A stretch of 47,496 nt of DNA from Gemmatimonadota bacterium (GCA_039588295.1 JBDHAB010000036.1:1-47496); one strand, 5' to 3'; positions 18,895-29,759 are shown, numbered from the stretch's first letter. Numbers and translations: made by a program. The notes: generated from the sequence alone by a model not told the origin.

Positions 18895-20918
18895 CTACCT
18901 TGCCGGCCGAATCCGAATTGCTTGCCCTCCCCCGGGAGCCAACGAGAGGGTGAGGCGCGACCCCGCGTCGACGGTGCGCTGGGAGATCTCGATCGATAGC
19001 GGGTTGTGCAGCCAGTGTGCCCCAGGCCCGTCCGCATAGATTTCGGCTACATAGCTCTGGCCGGGGACGAGGAACGAGAGCGGGATCTCCAACGTGCGTG
19101 CTTCCTCGTCCGTGATTGCTCCCACGAACCATTCGTCCCCATCACGCTCCTGGCGCGCGACCACCACGTAGTCGCCGATCTTCCCGTCGAGCACGCGCGT
19201 GTTCTCCCAGTCGACCGCAACGTCCTGAATGAACTGGAGCGCGGGCTGCTTCTCGTAGTTCTCGGGCAGGTCGGCCGCCATGTGGAGGGGCGAGTAGAGC
19301 ACCACGTAGAGCGCAAGCTGTTTCGCGAGCGTCGTGCGGAGCCGCGGTTGCTCGGGCCGACGAGGGCTGCCGTCTGCGCTCTCGATCAGGATGTCGAACA
19401 CCCCCGGTGTGAAGTCCATGGGCCCGGCCAGCATGCGCGTGAAGAAGAGGATGGTCTCGTGCTCCGGAGGGTTGCCACCGTCGCCCGCCCATGCGTTGAA
19501 CTCCTGCCCGCGCGCCCCTTCGCGCGTCATCATGTTCGGGTACGTGCGATCGGTTCGTGCACATCGAGCATAATTCCGTGCCGCGCGGCCGACTCAATCA
19601 CTTTCCTCCAGTGGCGCACCATGTACTGTCCGTGGTGAGCGTGGCCGTGGGACGTCTCATCTCCCACATATCCCGTCTTCACCGCTTCGATCCCAAGTTC
19701 CTCGAAGAGCCCGAATCCGTCTTCGAGCTGGCGCTCATAGTTCTCGATGCCCATCGAAGTCTCGTTGTGCCCGACCAGCCCCACGTTACGCTCTTTCGCG
19801 TAGGCAGCGAGCGTGGGCAGGTCGTAGTCGGGATACGGTTCGGTGAACGAGAACGCGTCCGCGTTGTCCATCCAGTTACCGTCCCACCCCACGTTCCATC
19901 CCTCAACCAGCACCCCCCCAAACCCATTCGCGGCCGCGAAATCGATGTACCGTTTCGTGTTTTTGGTGGTCGCTCCGTGTTTGGGCCCCGAGCTCCAGGT
20001 CATCGTGCCGATATGCATTCCCCACCAGATGCCGATGTACTTCATCGGTTTGATCCAGCTGGCATCGTCGAGCACGTTCGGCGGATTCAGATTCAAGCCG
20101 AGGACCGACGGCGCGAGACCCGCCGCGTTGTCGGCCATTTGGATCGTGCGCCACGGGGTAACGAACGGCGTGCGGCCCCGGACCAACATTCCGTCGGCCC
20201 ACGGCGCGAGGTACGCACGTAGTGTTCGGTTTTGCTCACGGCCGCCGACCAGTGTCAGTCCGGCGTAGTCCACCAAGTGAGCCTCGTGGATGACGAGGTG
20301 CAACCCGTCGCGGAATTCCATCGTGAGCGGGGTGTGTACCGTATCTAGCGTGCTCACCGGTGATGAACGGAACAAGTACTCGTACCGGTTTGGCTGGAAC
20401 GCAGGAATCCACCATGCCCTTGCATCGTCGGCAATCGCAAACTCGGTCAGTTCGGCAGTGATTTCGAACTCTCCAAGGTTGGGCTGCTCCGGCAGCTCGT
20501 ACCGGAAGCCGACGCCGTCGTTGAATACACGGAACACCACCACGAATTGCCGGCCGGGAGGCGCAGCTTCGGCCACGACGAGTCTCAGCTCGTGATGGTG
20601 ATCCCGCACACGTGCGACCTCACCCCACACCTGTGTCCATGTCTGATCGACCATCTGCCTGGTGGTATCTACCACGCGGAGGCCGTCGCGCAACGGCGGC
20701 GCTCCACGGAACTCAAAACCGAGCCCCGACGGCAAGAGCACCGCTCGGCCATCACGTTGAAGGCTGTAATAGAACTTGCCCTCACGGATCTCGACGGTGA
20801 CTTCGTTCCGACCGTCGGGCGAGGCAACGCGGGCCTGGTCTTGCGCAGAGGCGGTCGCCGCCATCAGCGTCGCGCAGGTGACGAGTGCGAAGCGACGAAC
20901 CGTGCAGCGCATCCTCAT
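18895..20918 (-). pseudogene. GH97 alpha-glucosidase (SusB-like), split by a frameshifting deletion near 19550
   Basis: N-part (19530..20930): KYIGIWWGMH, EGWNVGW, HNETS, KTGYV, LDVHEPI. C-part in another frame: RTYPNMMTREGARGQEFNAW, FTRMLAGPMDFTPG, AADLPENY. The usual ~6-residue linker between HEPI and RTYPN is missing. Confidence 0.85.
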
Positions 20919-20999
20919 TGGTCTCTCCATTCACATTCGTGAGGTCAGGAGCCCGTGCCGGGTCCGAGCGGCGGCCCGGGGACTGGCGTATCTTACATT

Positions 21000-21461
21000 A
21001 TGGTCTCACCGCGCGTCCTGTTGCCGATCGGTCTGCTTGTCGGGCTCCTGCTCGGATGTGCCCATGCCACTAGAACGCCCGAAGGCGACGTCGAGGATAC
21101 CCCGGATCAGACCCCGCCGAGCGAGCCAACAGTGACGGCGGAGGATATTGGGCGCGTCCCCGGCCAGCCGATCGAAGAGGTGCTCATGAGCCGGTTCGCC
21201 GGCGTGCAGGTGACGCGCACTCCTGACGGCGGCATCGCGATACGCATCCGAGGCACCACGTCGATCCACGGCAGCAACGAGCCGCTGTATGTGATCGACG
21301 GTCTCCCCATCCGGCCGGGACCGGGCGGGAGCCTGCACGGGATCAATCCGCACGACATCGAATCCATCGAGGTGCTGAAGGACCCCGCCAGCACGACGAT
21401 GTACGGCATGCGTGGCGCCAACGGGGTCATCGTCATCAAGACGAAGCAGCCGGATCAGTGA
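21000..21461 (+). CDS. Stand-alone TonB-dependent receptor plug-domain lipoprotein
   Basis: Lipobox LLG-C; IRIRGTTS...EPLYVIDG...INPHDIESIEVLKD...YGMRGANGVIVIKTK; ends with no beta-barrel. Confidence 0.88.
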   Translation: MVSPRVLLPIGLLVGLLLGCAHATRTPEGDVEDTPDQTPPSEPTVTAEDIGRVPGQPIEEVLMSRFAGVQVTRTPDGGIAIRIRGTTSIHGSNEPLYVIDGLPIRPGPGGSLHGINPHDIESIEVLKDPASTTMYGMRGANGVIVIKTKQPDQ

Positions 21462-24400
21462 CCCGCATGGGCAGTTGACACCCGCCCAACCGTGGCGGGC
21501 CGGAAGACGAGCGGGCGGTCGTCGTTCCGGGTGACGATGTACAAATCGCCCTTCCGGGTCCCGATACGCTGGATGTCCCGCGTCTGTCCGGGCACGAAGA
21601 ATCCGCTCTGCGATGTCCGAACCGGCGTGAATCCCCCCTTTCCGTCTCCGCGCAGAAACAGCCCGTAGCTGGCGCTCATCCTGCCAATCTCCGGCTTGAC
21701 GCCGTCGAAATTCCCGGCCAGCAGGAGGTCGAGCGTTCCGTCCCCATCGAGCTCGGCGGCCAGAATGCCGTAGACCGGCGCCAGTTGTGCTTCCAGCGGC
21801 AGAGGCACCAGCGTGAACGAACCGTCGCCGTTGTTCCGCGCCAGTGTCGTGGCGAACGTATAGGCCTGCTTCAGCACCGCATCGGCCAACTCGGCGGGCC
21901 CGAAGATATCTGCCACGGTCTGCCGGGCATACGCTTCGTGGGTCGGGTAGCGCTCCTCAAGGAACGGTAGGACTGTGAGGAGATCGTCACGCAGCGGCAG
22001 CGGGTAGCTGGTCCCGTTGGTGTAGTAGGACACGATCTGCTCGACGAAGCCGTTCCGATCGAAATCCTTGACATACATGGTCGCCGGCTCGTCCTCCGAA
22101 GCTCGCAGGCGCGTATTGAGCCCCAGATTGCCAAGGACGAAATCGGTGTGGCCGTCGCCCGTGAAATCGCCTGCGACGATTCGATTCCACCACCCGTGGC
22201 TCCGCTCAAGCCCCGGTAGGACCATTGGCTCGAGTTTCCCGGACCCCGTATTGCGGAAGATCGTGATCGGCATCCATTCGCCGACCACGACGAGATCCGC
22301 ATGACCATCGCCGTCCACGTCGTCCCACACGGCGTCGGTGACCATGCCGATGCGCGCCAGATCGGGCGCCGCCTGCTGGGTGACATCGCGGAAGCGACCC
22401 CGGCCGTCGTTGGCAAGCAGCGCGCTCGCGGGATCGATGCCGTAATGCCACGGAACGACACGCCCGCCCACGAAGAGATCGATGTCGCCATCGCCATCGA
22501 AATCGGCCGGCGCCGCGCGCGAGCCGCTGATGTTCATGGATGGCAGGTGGCCGTCTGCCTTGCGGAAGACGCCCCGACCGTCGCTCAGGTACAGCCGGTC
22601 CTGGAGCGCGGGCGCCATGTCCGAGAACTCACTGCCGCCACTGACGACGTAGAGATCGGCGTGACCGTTGCCGGTCGCGTCGAAGAACACGGCCCCCAGA
22701 TCTTCCGACACCCGGTCTTGCTCGAACAGGCCCTCGTTGCTCCTCACGAACCCACCCGCGCGCTGCTGGATCAGGAGCTGCCCCGGCTGCCCCTTCGCGC
22801 CCCCGATGAACGCGTCTTCCAGCCCGTCCCCGTTGACGTCCGATACGGCCATGAACGGCCCTTCGGTCGAGAGCATCTTCGGCATCAGGCGTTCCCGGCG
22901 GAAATCGTTGAACGTGTTCTCCCGGTGCACGAACCCCAGCGCCACACTGTCCGTGACATCGGTCACGATCGGGGCGGCCGTTGGGGGGGCGAGCGGCTCT
23001 CCCCCCGGCGCCGACTCCGACTGCCGCACCGTGAGACGCTGATTCGCCGGGACGTCCGTGAGCACGCTGACGCGCCCGTCCGGCCACTCGACCGTCACCG
23101 ACTCGACCGTGTCGAGCCCACCGATCCCGAAGGTCAGGACGTAGTCCACACTCGACTGGAAGCCGCGCGACGGCATCAGCTCCTGAAAGAACAGCCGGTC
23201 TCCGCTGCGGAGCGTCACCTTCGACCCGACGCCGAAGGCGTTGAGGCCCTCTCCTTCGAGCCTGAGCTGGAGATAGTGATTGTCAAACAGCGTCCGGGCG
23301 TTGTTGCGATAGATGAAGGCCTCCTCGTTGACGTTATTGACGACCAGATCCAGCGCACCGTCGCCGTCCAGATCACCGTAGGCCGCGCCGCTGGAGAAGC
23401 CCGGCGTGTTCAGGCCCCAGGCTGCGCCCGGGTTCGAGAAGGTCAGGTCTCCGAGGTTCCGGAATGCATAGTTTGGCAGCGGCGTCGAGGTCATCGCCTC
23501 GATGAGTTCCCGGAAGTCGACCTGCTCGCCCATGAGGGCTGCCCTCATCGTCCGCGCGTCGGCCAGGAAGGTTACGTAGTCCTGCGAGGTCACATCCGCG
23601 AGGATGCCGTTCGTGACATGGATGTCCTTGTAACCGTCTAGATCGAAATCCGCGATGAGCGCACCCCAGGTCCAGTCCGTGCCCGCCACGCCGGCCATCC
23701 GCCCGATCTCGCTGAACCTCCCGTTGCGGTTGTTCAGATGGAGCATGCTGCGCATGAACTGGTGGTGATAGTCGTGCTTCAGCCTGGCCTGGTAGGTGTC
23801 CCAGTCCTCGAACGTGGACGTCGTCTTGAGTCGGTAGTCGTCCTCCGGCAGCATGTCGGTCACGTAGATGTCCAGCCACCCGTCGTTGTCGACGTCCCCG
23901 ATATCCAGCCCCATCGATGAAACGCTGATGTAGGGCATCTGCCGGTCGAGCAGCTCGGCGAAGGTTCCGTCGCCGTTGTTGATGTAGAGATAGTCCCGCT
24001 CGAAGAAATCGTTCGTGACGTAGATGTCCGGCCAGTCGTCGCGGTTCACGTCGCCTACGGCCACCCCCAGACCGAAGCCGATCTCGCTTCCGAAGATCCC
24101 GGCCCGCTCGCTCACGTCGAGGAAGCGTCCGCCCACGTTGCGATACAGTCTGTCCCCCCCGAGCGGATGGCGCACGTGGCGGATATTTCGCAGGCCGAAG
24201 CTCGAGACAGCCCGTGGCGAGTTGTTGACCAGGTACAGGTCCAGGTAGCTGTCACGATCGTAATCGAAGAACGCCGCGTGCGTCGCATAGCCCTCGTCCG
24301 CGATGCCGTACGCGGCCGCCATCTCCTCGAAGGTGGGCACCCCGTCCGTGTTGAGGCCCTGATGGATGTAGAGCTCGTTGGCGCGGCGCTCGCCGGCCGC

Positions 24401-24859
24401 GTTCCCGGCGTAGCAGACGTAGATGTCGAGCAGTCCGTCACCGTTGATGTCCGCGAACGTGACGCCTGTCGCCCAAGATCCCCTCCCGGCGACACCGGCC
24501 TCCTCGGTCACGTCCCGAAAGCGGAACTCACCCTCGTTCAGGTACAGCCGGTTTGCGCCCAGATTGGACGTGAGCAGGAGCTCCGGCAGCCCGTCGCCGG
24601 TGAGGTCGCCCAGCGCCACGCCACCGCCGTTGTAATAGTTGCGATAGGTGAAGACGTTCAGCTCGTGAGTATCGGCGAGGCGGTTCTCGAACCCGACGCC
24701 GGTATAGCTGGACGGAAGCCTGCTGAAGAGCTGGTCACCGACCGCAGGTGGCTCACGCAGCCCGGTTTCCCGAGCAGACCTGTCTGCACCGGAGCAGCCG
24801 GCGAGCAGGCACGACGCCGCAAGCAGGAGCGGAAACCTGCGGTCTGATTTCGCGTTCAT
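21455..24859 (-). CDS. Large VCBS/FG-GAP repeat, ASPIC/UnbV-domain lipoprotein
   Basis: Lipobox [20 protein letters not shown] repeats and RGFQSSVDY; paralog of 14752..18120. Confidence 0.9.
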   Translation of the reverse strand: MNAKSDRRFPLLLAASCLLAGCSGADRSARETGLREPPAVGDQLFSRLPSSYTGVGFENRLADTHELNVFTYRNYYNGGGVALGDLTGDGLPELLLTSNLGANRLYLNEGEFRFRDVTEEAGVAGRGSWATGVTFADINGDGLLDIYVCYAGNAAGERRANELYIHQGLNTDGVPTFEEMAAAYGIADEGYATHAAFFDYDRDSYLDLYLVNNSPRAVSSFGLRNIRHVRHPLGGDRLYRNVGGRFLDVSERAGIFGSEIGFGLGVAVGDVNRDDWPDIYVTNDFFERDYLYINNGDGTFAELLDRQMPYISVSSMGLDIGDVDNDGWLDIYVTDMLPEDDYRLKTTSTFEDWDTYQARLKHDYHHQFMRSMLHLNNRNGRFSEIGRMAGVAGTDWTWGALIADFDLDGYKDIHVTNGILADVTSQDYVTFLADARTMRAALMGEQVDFRELIEAMTSTPLPNYAFRNLGDLTFSNPGAAWGLNTPGFSSGAAYGDLDGDGALDLVVNNVNEEAFIYRNNARTLFDNHYLQLRLEGEGLNAFGVGSKVTLRSGDRLFFQELMPSRGFQSSVDYVLTFGIGGLDTVESVTVEWPDGRVSVLTDVPANQRLTVRQSESAPGGEPLAPPTAAPIVTDVTDSVALGFVHRENTFNDFRRERLMPKMLSTEGPFMAVSDVNGDGLEDAFIGGAKGQPGQLLIQQRAGGFVRSNEGLFEQDRVSEDLGAVFFDATGNGHADLYVVSGGSEFSDMAPALQDRLYLSDGRGVFRKADGHLPSMNISGSRAAPADFDGDGDIDLFVGGRVVPWHYGIDPASALLANDGRGRFRDVTQQAAPDLARIGMVTDAVWDDVDGDGHADLVVVGEWMPITIFRNTGSGKLEPMVLPGLERSHGWWNRIVAGDFTGDGHTDFVLGNLGLNTRLRASEDEPATMYVKDFDRNGFVEQIVSYYTNGTSYPLPLRDDLLTVLPFLEERYPTHEAYARQTVADIFGPAELADAVLKQAYTFATTLARNNGDGSFTLVPLPLEAQLAPVYGILAAELDGDGTLDLLLAGNFDGVKPEIGRMSASYGLFLRGDGKGGFTPVRTSQSGFFVPGQTRDIQRIGTRKGDLYIVTRNDDRPLVFRPATVGRVSTAHAGH

Positions 24860-24905
24860 GTCGTTGGGCCGGAGTCACCGGGGAGATGTATGATGCAAGG
24901 ACGCG

Positions 24906-24960
24906 GCCTGATGCGCCATAGCCTGCCCTCGGTACGAGAGCAGGCTATGGCGCATCAGGC
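24906..24960. other. Strong stem-loop between susD and the downstream gene (mRNA stabiliser or partial terminator)
   Basis: GCCTGATGCGCCATAGCCTGC (24906-24926) is the perfect reverse complement of 24940-24960. No long U-tract on the minus strand. Confidence 0.7.
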
Positions 24961-24975
24961 AAAGACGACCCTCAA

Positions 24976-26556
24976 TCAGTACCCGGGGTTTTGCGTGAGC
25001 ATCGGGTTGGCGTCTAGCTGCGGCTGCGGAATCGGAAACAGGACAAGATGGGGCTGCCCCGCCGGCTTGTGCGTCCACGCCAGGGTGAACTTGCCGTGCC
25101 GGATCAGATCCTGTCGCCGCTTGGCTTCGGTGGTGAGCTCGAACAGGCGTTCCTGTAGGATCACGTCACGGTCGACGGCCGCAAGCGGCTCGTCCGGCTC
25201 GAAGACCCGCTCGCGCAGCGTATTCAGCAGCTGCAGGGCTTCCCCGCTCCCCGGCGACAGCTCGTTCAACGCCTCGGCCTTGATCAGATAGATCCCGCCG
25301 AGGCGGTAGTAGGCGAAGTCGTTGCCGCTCTCGTGGGCAACGCGGTTCGGATCCGGAGGCCACTTCATGATGCGGGTGCCCTCAGCTTCCGTAGCCGAGG
25401 CCGGATCAACGATGTCCACCGTGAAGTCCAATCGATTGCCTTGCCGGTCGTCGACCGGATCGCCGGTGACCAGATCGACCTGCGGTCCTGCGAGGAAGAT
25501 CTCCCGACGCTGGTCGTCCGCATCGAAAGCGGTGTACGTCTCTGCCAAAGCCGCCCAGCCGTTCCAGGGGGTGAGTCCGCTGATCGAATTGTAGTGCAGC
25601 ATCCGCATTATGTAGTTGAATCCCAAGTTCGTCTGGTTCATGAACTTGACGGGAAAGATGATCTCCGGCGATGCGAAGTTGTCGGCCTCGAAGGTCGAGC
25701 GCCAGTCGGTGGCCAAGCTGTACTGACCGGAGTTCAGGATGCGGTCCGCAGCTTCGATGGCCGCATCACAGGCGGTCTGGCTCCCCACCTGCACGCTCGT
25801 GCACGAGTTGTACGAGGTCACACTGGGCGCGTCCGTCGTGAACACTGCGGCGTTCAGATATGCACTGGCCAAAATGGCGTCGGCAGCCCCCTTCGTCATG
25901 CGTCCGTGGTCGGCCACCGGCCAGTTGTCCGGCAGGTCCGCCCGGGCCGCATTCAGCTCGTCGGTGACGAACTGGAACACCTCGGCGCGCGTGTTTCTCG
26001 CTCGCTCCCCGAGCTCGGTGTCCTCGACGATCGGCACACCACCGAAAAAGTCCATCAGCATGTAGTAGTAGAAGGCCCGGAGCGTCCGGAGCTCGGCTAC
26101 GATGACCGCCTTATCCGCCACGGTCACGTCCTCGATCGCTGCGAGCAGCAGGTTGGCCCGGGCGATGCCCCTGAAGGAATCGTTCCAGGCACTCTGGATG
26201 TTAGTGAGCCCGCCCGCGCTGATTGCCGTCCAGGTGTGGCGCTGATACTCGAGCCACTTTCCACCGTCGTCCCAGTCGCTGCCGCGCGTGGGCACGATCT
26301 CCTCGTCCGAGCTGACTTGGCTCACCATGAAGTAACCATCGCCGGTCGTATTGCGCAGCACCGCGTACACGGACGCCAGACTACCGAGGATTTCCGCCTC
26401 AGTCAGGAAGAAGTTGTCCGGTGTGATGACGCTGGTCGGTGATTCCTCCAGGTCTGTACAGCCTTGCAGCAATACGAATGTGAGGGCTGCGGAGAGGAGC
26501 AGTCGCGTGAAGCGCCTCGCCCCTCTGACCGAGTATTGGAAACGTGGTGTCATCAT
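24976..26556 (-). CDS. susD: RagB/SusD family glycan-binding outer-membrane lipoprotein
   Basis: Lipobox LQG-C-TDL; AELRTLRAFYYYMLMDFFGGVPIV, GRMTKGAA, ERLFELTTEAKRRQDLIRHG and QNPGY; directly follows susC. Confidence 0.95.
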   Translation of the reverse strand: MMTPRFQYSVRGARRFTRLLLSAALTFVLLQGCTDLEESPTSVITPDNFFLTEAEILGSLASVYAVLRNTTGDGYFMVSQVSSDEEIVPTRGSDWDDGGKWLEYQRHTWTAISAGGLTNIQSAWNDSFRGIARANLLLAAIEDVTVADKAVIVAELRTLRAFYYYMLMDFFGGVPIVEDTELGERARNTRAEVFQFVTDELNAARADLPDNWPVADHGRMTKGAADAILASAYLNAAVFTTDAPSVTSYNSCTSVQVGSQTACDAAIEAADRILNSGQYSLATDWRSTFEADNFASPEIIFPVKFMNQTNLGFNYIMRMLHYNSISGLTPWNGWAALAETYTAFDADDQRREIFLAGPQVDLVTGDPVDDRQGNRLDFTVDIVDPASATEAEGTRIMKWPPDPNRVAHESGNDFAYYRLGGIYLIKAEALNELSPGSGEALQLLNTLRERVFEPDEPLAAVDRDVILQERLFELTTEAKRRQDLIRHGKFTLAWTHKPAGQPHLVLFPIPQPQLDANPMLTQNPGY

Positions 26557-26633
26557 GAGATCCCGACCGTTACAAGGTTGACACTTGCTCTCGTCGCCGT
26601 CTGGGGCATGCGCCCACCACAACCGGGCCCGCA

Positions 26634-29600
26634 TCAGAACGAGAACCGAACGCCGGCCGTGAACGTACGCGCACGCGGATAGCTGAGATAATCGATCCCG
26701 CGCGACGCTAGACCGAGACCATCCGCCTCACGGCCTGGCCCGGAACTCGAGTGGGCTTCCGGATCATAGCCGGAATAGCCCGTCAGCAGGAACAGGTTAT
26801 CGGCCGACACGAAGACCCGCGCGGTGTTGCCCGTTCCGGACAACCAGCCCGGCACCTCGAACGTGTATCCCACCGTGAGATTCTGCAGGCGCAGGAACGA
26901 ACCATCTTCAATCCAGCGGGATGAGAAGATGGCCGCCTGGCTGATCGCGTCCTCGTCGTCCAATGACGAGCGCAGGAAGTTCCTGTCCGAATTCACGTTG
27001 CTCCTCGCCCCATGGACGAGCGCGGTGTTATTAAACACATCCCGCCCCTGCTCCCAGCGAAGGATCGTGCTCGCGTCGAATGGGCCCCATGTCAGCATGC
27101 TGCGCAGGCCGAGGGTGAAGTCCGGGTTGGCGTCTCCGATCACGCGAGAGTCATCTGCGGCCAACGACGTCGTCTCCCCGACCCGGTTGCCATCCGCATC
27201 ATAGTCATTGAACACTTGCTCGCCCGCGTCGTTGATGCCTACGAACTCCGGTCCCCAGAACGTGCCCAGCGGGAAGCCGGGCAGGATGCGCTGGGAGACC
27301 TGGTCGGACTGCCCCTGACCGCTCACCCCCCCGTTCCTGAGGAACTCGAACTCGCCCAGTTCCACGACTTCGTTGTTCTCCGCCGCGAACGCGAGTCCGG
27401 CCTGCCAGGTCAGGTTCCGCTGGTTGATCAGCAACGCATCGAGGACGGCCTCCAGGCCCGTGTTGCGAACCTTGCCGACGTTTTCCAAACGCGTTGTTTG
27501 CACTGCCGGCTGTGGTACGGGAACCGTCAGCAGCAGGTCGGACGTGTTCTTGACATAGTACTCGAAACTGCCCGAGATCCTGTTGTCCCAGAGACCGTAG
27601 TCGAGCGCCACGTTGAACTGCGACGTTTCCTCCCACTTGAGGTCCGGGTTCGCAGCCCTCGTCGGCGCCACCCCGACCGTCTTCTGATCTCCAAAGGGGT
27701 AGCTATCGCCGTCACTGGGCGCCAGCAGGGGCAGGGACGCGTAGGGTGCGACGGCCTCATTACCCTGCAGGCCGTAGCCCACGCGAAAGCGCAGCTCGGA
27801 AAACGGCCCGCCCTGCATGAAGCCCTCTTGGCCGATCCGCCACGACGCCGACACGGCCGGGAACGTCGCCCACTTGTGGTCGGCTCCGAACCGGGACGAC
27901 CCGTCACGGCGCAGCACACCGGTCAGGAAGTAGCGGTCGTTGAAACCGTAGGTGACCCTGCCGAAGAACCCGATGAGCCGATTGTCCGTTCTGTTGGACC
28001 AGGGAGTTTCGGGGGACGCGCCGCCCTCCAAATTGTCGAAACTGAATGCGTCGGTGAGGAAATCGCGGGCTTCCGCCCGGAACTGATCTACGGCAAAGTC
28101 ATTGAACTCGTAACCGCTGATGGCTTCAAACTCGTGCCGCTCGCCGAAACGCTGGGAATAGGTGAGGAGGGTCTGCAGCGTCACGGTCGTCAGTTCCTTA
28201 CTCTGCTGTCGTGCAAGCCCGTTCCACGATGCCCCGACCGCACTGGCTCCGGGGTAGTATTCACGCCGCGTGCTCTCGCTGCGGTCCACCCCCGCGATCA
28301 ACTGGAACCTGAGGCTCGGAACGATCTCCCACTGGGTCCTGAGGTTACCGAGCACGCGGGTCGTGCCGGCGAAGTCGGCGATCTGCTCCGTCATCGCCAC
28401 GGGGTTGCGCACCGACTGTGAACCGGTTCCGAGTTCATAGAACACACTGTCCCCGGTCGCCGGATCGGCCAATTTGACCGGCTGCGTCGGGTTGAACTGG
28501 ACCATGTTCTGGAACACGCCCCCTTCGAAGCCCCCCGTATTCTCGAATGGTATATAGTCGTTGCTGACGTGTGACGCCGTCAAATTGAGACGCAACTGCA
28601 GCCGGTCGTCCCAGGCGTAGTGCGTGGCGTTGAGCCGCCCCTGCCAGCGCTCGAAGGCGCTGCTGTTCACCACCCCCTCCTGGTCCATGTAACTGAGGGA
28701 GGCACGATACTGCGTGGACTCTGTCCCGCCGGAGAAGGCCACGTTGTGGTTCTGCGTGATGGCGGTGCGGGTGACCGCCCGCTCCCAGTCCGTGTTCGCC
28801 GACCCGAGTTGGTCGAGGCGCGCCGGGTTCAGGTTGCCCTCCGCGACCTGTTGCTCAACGAACTGCCGGTACTCTGCTCCGCTAAGCAGATCCAGATACG
28901 ACGCCGGAGCCGCAACGGACACATAGCCGTCGTACTCGAAGGTCGTGCGGCCTCGTTCGGCCTGTTTCGTCTCGATCAGAATGACGCCGTTTGCGCCCCG
29001 GGTGCCGTAGATCGCAGCCGCCGCGGCATCTTTGAGCACGGTGATCGATTCGATGTCGGCTGGGTTGATGAGGTTCAGCGGGCTGCGGGGCAGCGCGGCG
29101 GCTTTAGTGGCGTTTACTCCACCAGATCCGTCACCGATGCCGATCCCGCTCGCTTCGGTCGCCCGGTTATCCATGACGACCCCGTCGATCACGTACAGCG
29201 GCGTGTTGCTGGCGCTGATCGAGGTGGAACCGCGGATCCGGATCTGCGAGCCGGCGCCGGGCTCACCGTTGTTCTGCGTGATGTGCACGCCGGCGATCCG
29301 GCCCTGGAGCAGCTCGTTGGCGTTCGTAATCACGCCAACGTTGGCATCATCTGCGTTGACGGATGCGACCGATCCGGTGATAGTGGCGCGGCGCTGGGTA
29401 CCGTAGCCGGTTACCACGATCTCGTCCATCACCACGGCCTGACGTGGCAGCGCGAACTCCACCGTAACCGCCTGTCCGGCACTGACCGTGACTTCCTGCG
29501 TCTGGGGCGCGTACCCGATGAGACGCGCCGTCACGAAGTGCGTTCCCACGGGAACGTTGGTCAGCGTGAACCTACCGTCGGGTCCCGTGGTCGTCCCGCG

Positions 29601-29759
29601 CCGCGTTCCTTCAATCGTGACGACGGAACCGGATACGGTCTCCAACGTCGTGCCGTCCGTGACCCGTCCCGTGATGGTGCCCGTCTGGAACTGCGCTGCG
29701 AGCGGGCCCGCCAACAAGAGGCTGCCGAGGAATGGGAGTATGACCTTACGAGCAATCAC
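26634..29759 (-). CDS. susC: SusC/RagA TonB-dependent outer-membrane transporter
   Basis: CarboxypepD-like N-domain, VVTGYG, plug LKDAAAAAIYGTRGANGVILIETK, NPDLKWEET, IEDGSFLRL and C-terminal F. Probable GTG 29759 (track ORF extends to 29852). Confidence 0.96.
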   Translation of the reverse strand: MIARKVILPFLGSLLLAGPLAAQFQTGTITGRVTDGTTLETVSGSVVTIEGTRRGTTTGPDGRFTLTNVPVGTHFVTARLIGYAPQTQEVTVSAGQAVTVEFALPRQAVVMDEIVVTGYGTQRRATITGSVASVNADDANVGVITNANELLQGRIAGVHITQNNGEPGAGSQIRIRGSTSISASNTPLYVIDGVVMDNRATEASGIGIGDGSGGVNATKAAALPRSPLNLINPADIESITVLKDAAAAAIYGTRGANGVILIETKQAERGRTTFEYDGYVSVAAPASYLDLLSGAEYRQFVEQQVAEGNLNPARLDQLGSANTDWERAVTRTAITQNHNVAFSGGTESTQYRASLSYMDQEGVVNSSAFERWQGRLNATHYAWDDRLQLRLNLTASHVSNDYIPFENTGGFEGGVFQNMVQFNPTQPVKLADPATGDSVFYELGTGSQSVRNPVAMTEQIADFAGTTRVLGNLRTQWEIVPSLRFQLIAGVDRSESTRREYYPGASAVGASWNGLARQQSKELTTVTLQTLLTYSQRFGERHEFEAISGYEFNDFAVDQFRAEARDFLTDAFSFDNLEGGASPETPWSNRTDNRLIGFFGRVTYGFNDRYFLTGVLRRDGSSRFGADHKWATFPAVSASWRIGQEGFMQGGPFSELRFRVGYGLQGNEAVAPYASLPLLAPSDGDSYPFGDQKTVGVAPTRAANPDLKWEETSQFNVALDYGLWDNRISGSFEYYVKNTSDLLLTVPVPQPAVQTTRLENVGKVRNTGLEAVLDALLINQRNLTWQAGLAFAAENNEVVELGEFEFLRNGGVSGQGQSDQVSQRILPGFPLGTFWGPEFVGINDAGEQVFNDYDADGNRVGETTSLAADDSRVIGDANPDFTLGLRSMLTWGPFDASTILRWEQGRDVFNNTALVHGARSNVNSDRNFLRSSLDDEDAISQAAIFSSRWIEDGSFLRLQNLTVGYTFEVPGWLSGTGNTARVFVSADNLFLLTGYSGYDPEAHSSSGPGREADGLGLASRGIDYLSYPRARTFTAGVRFSF

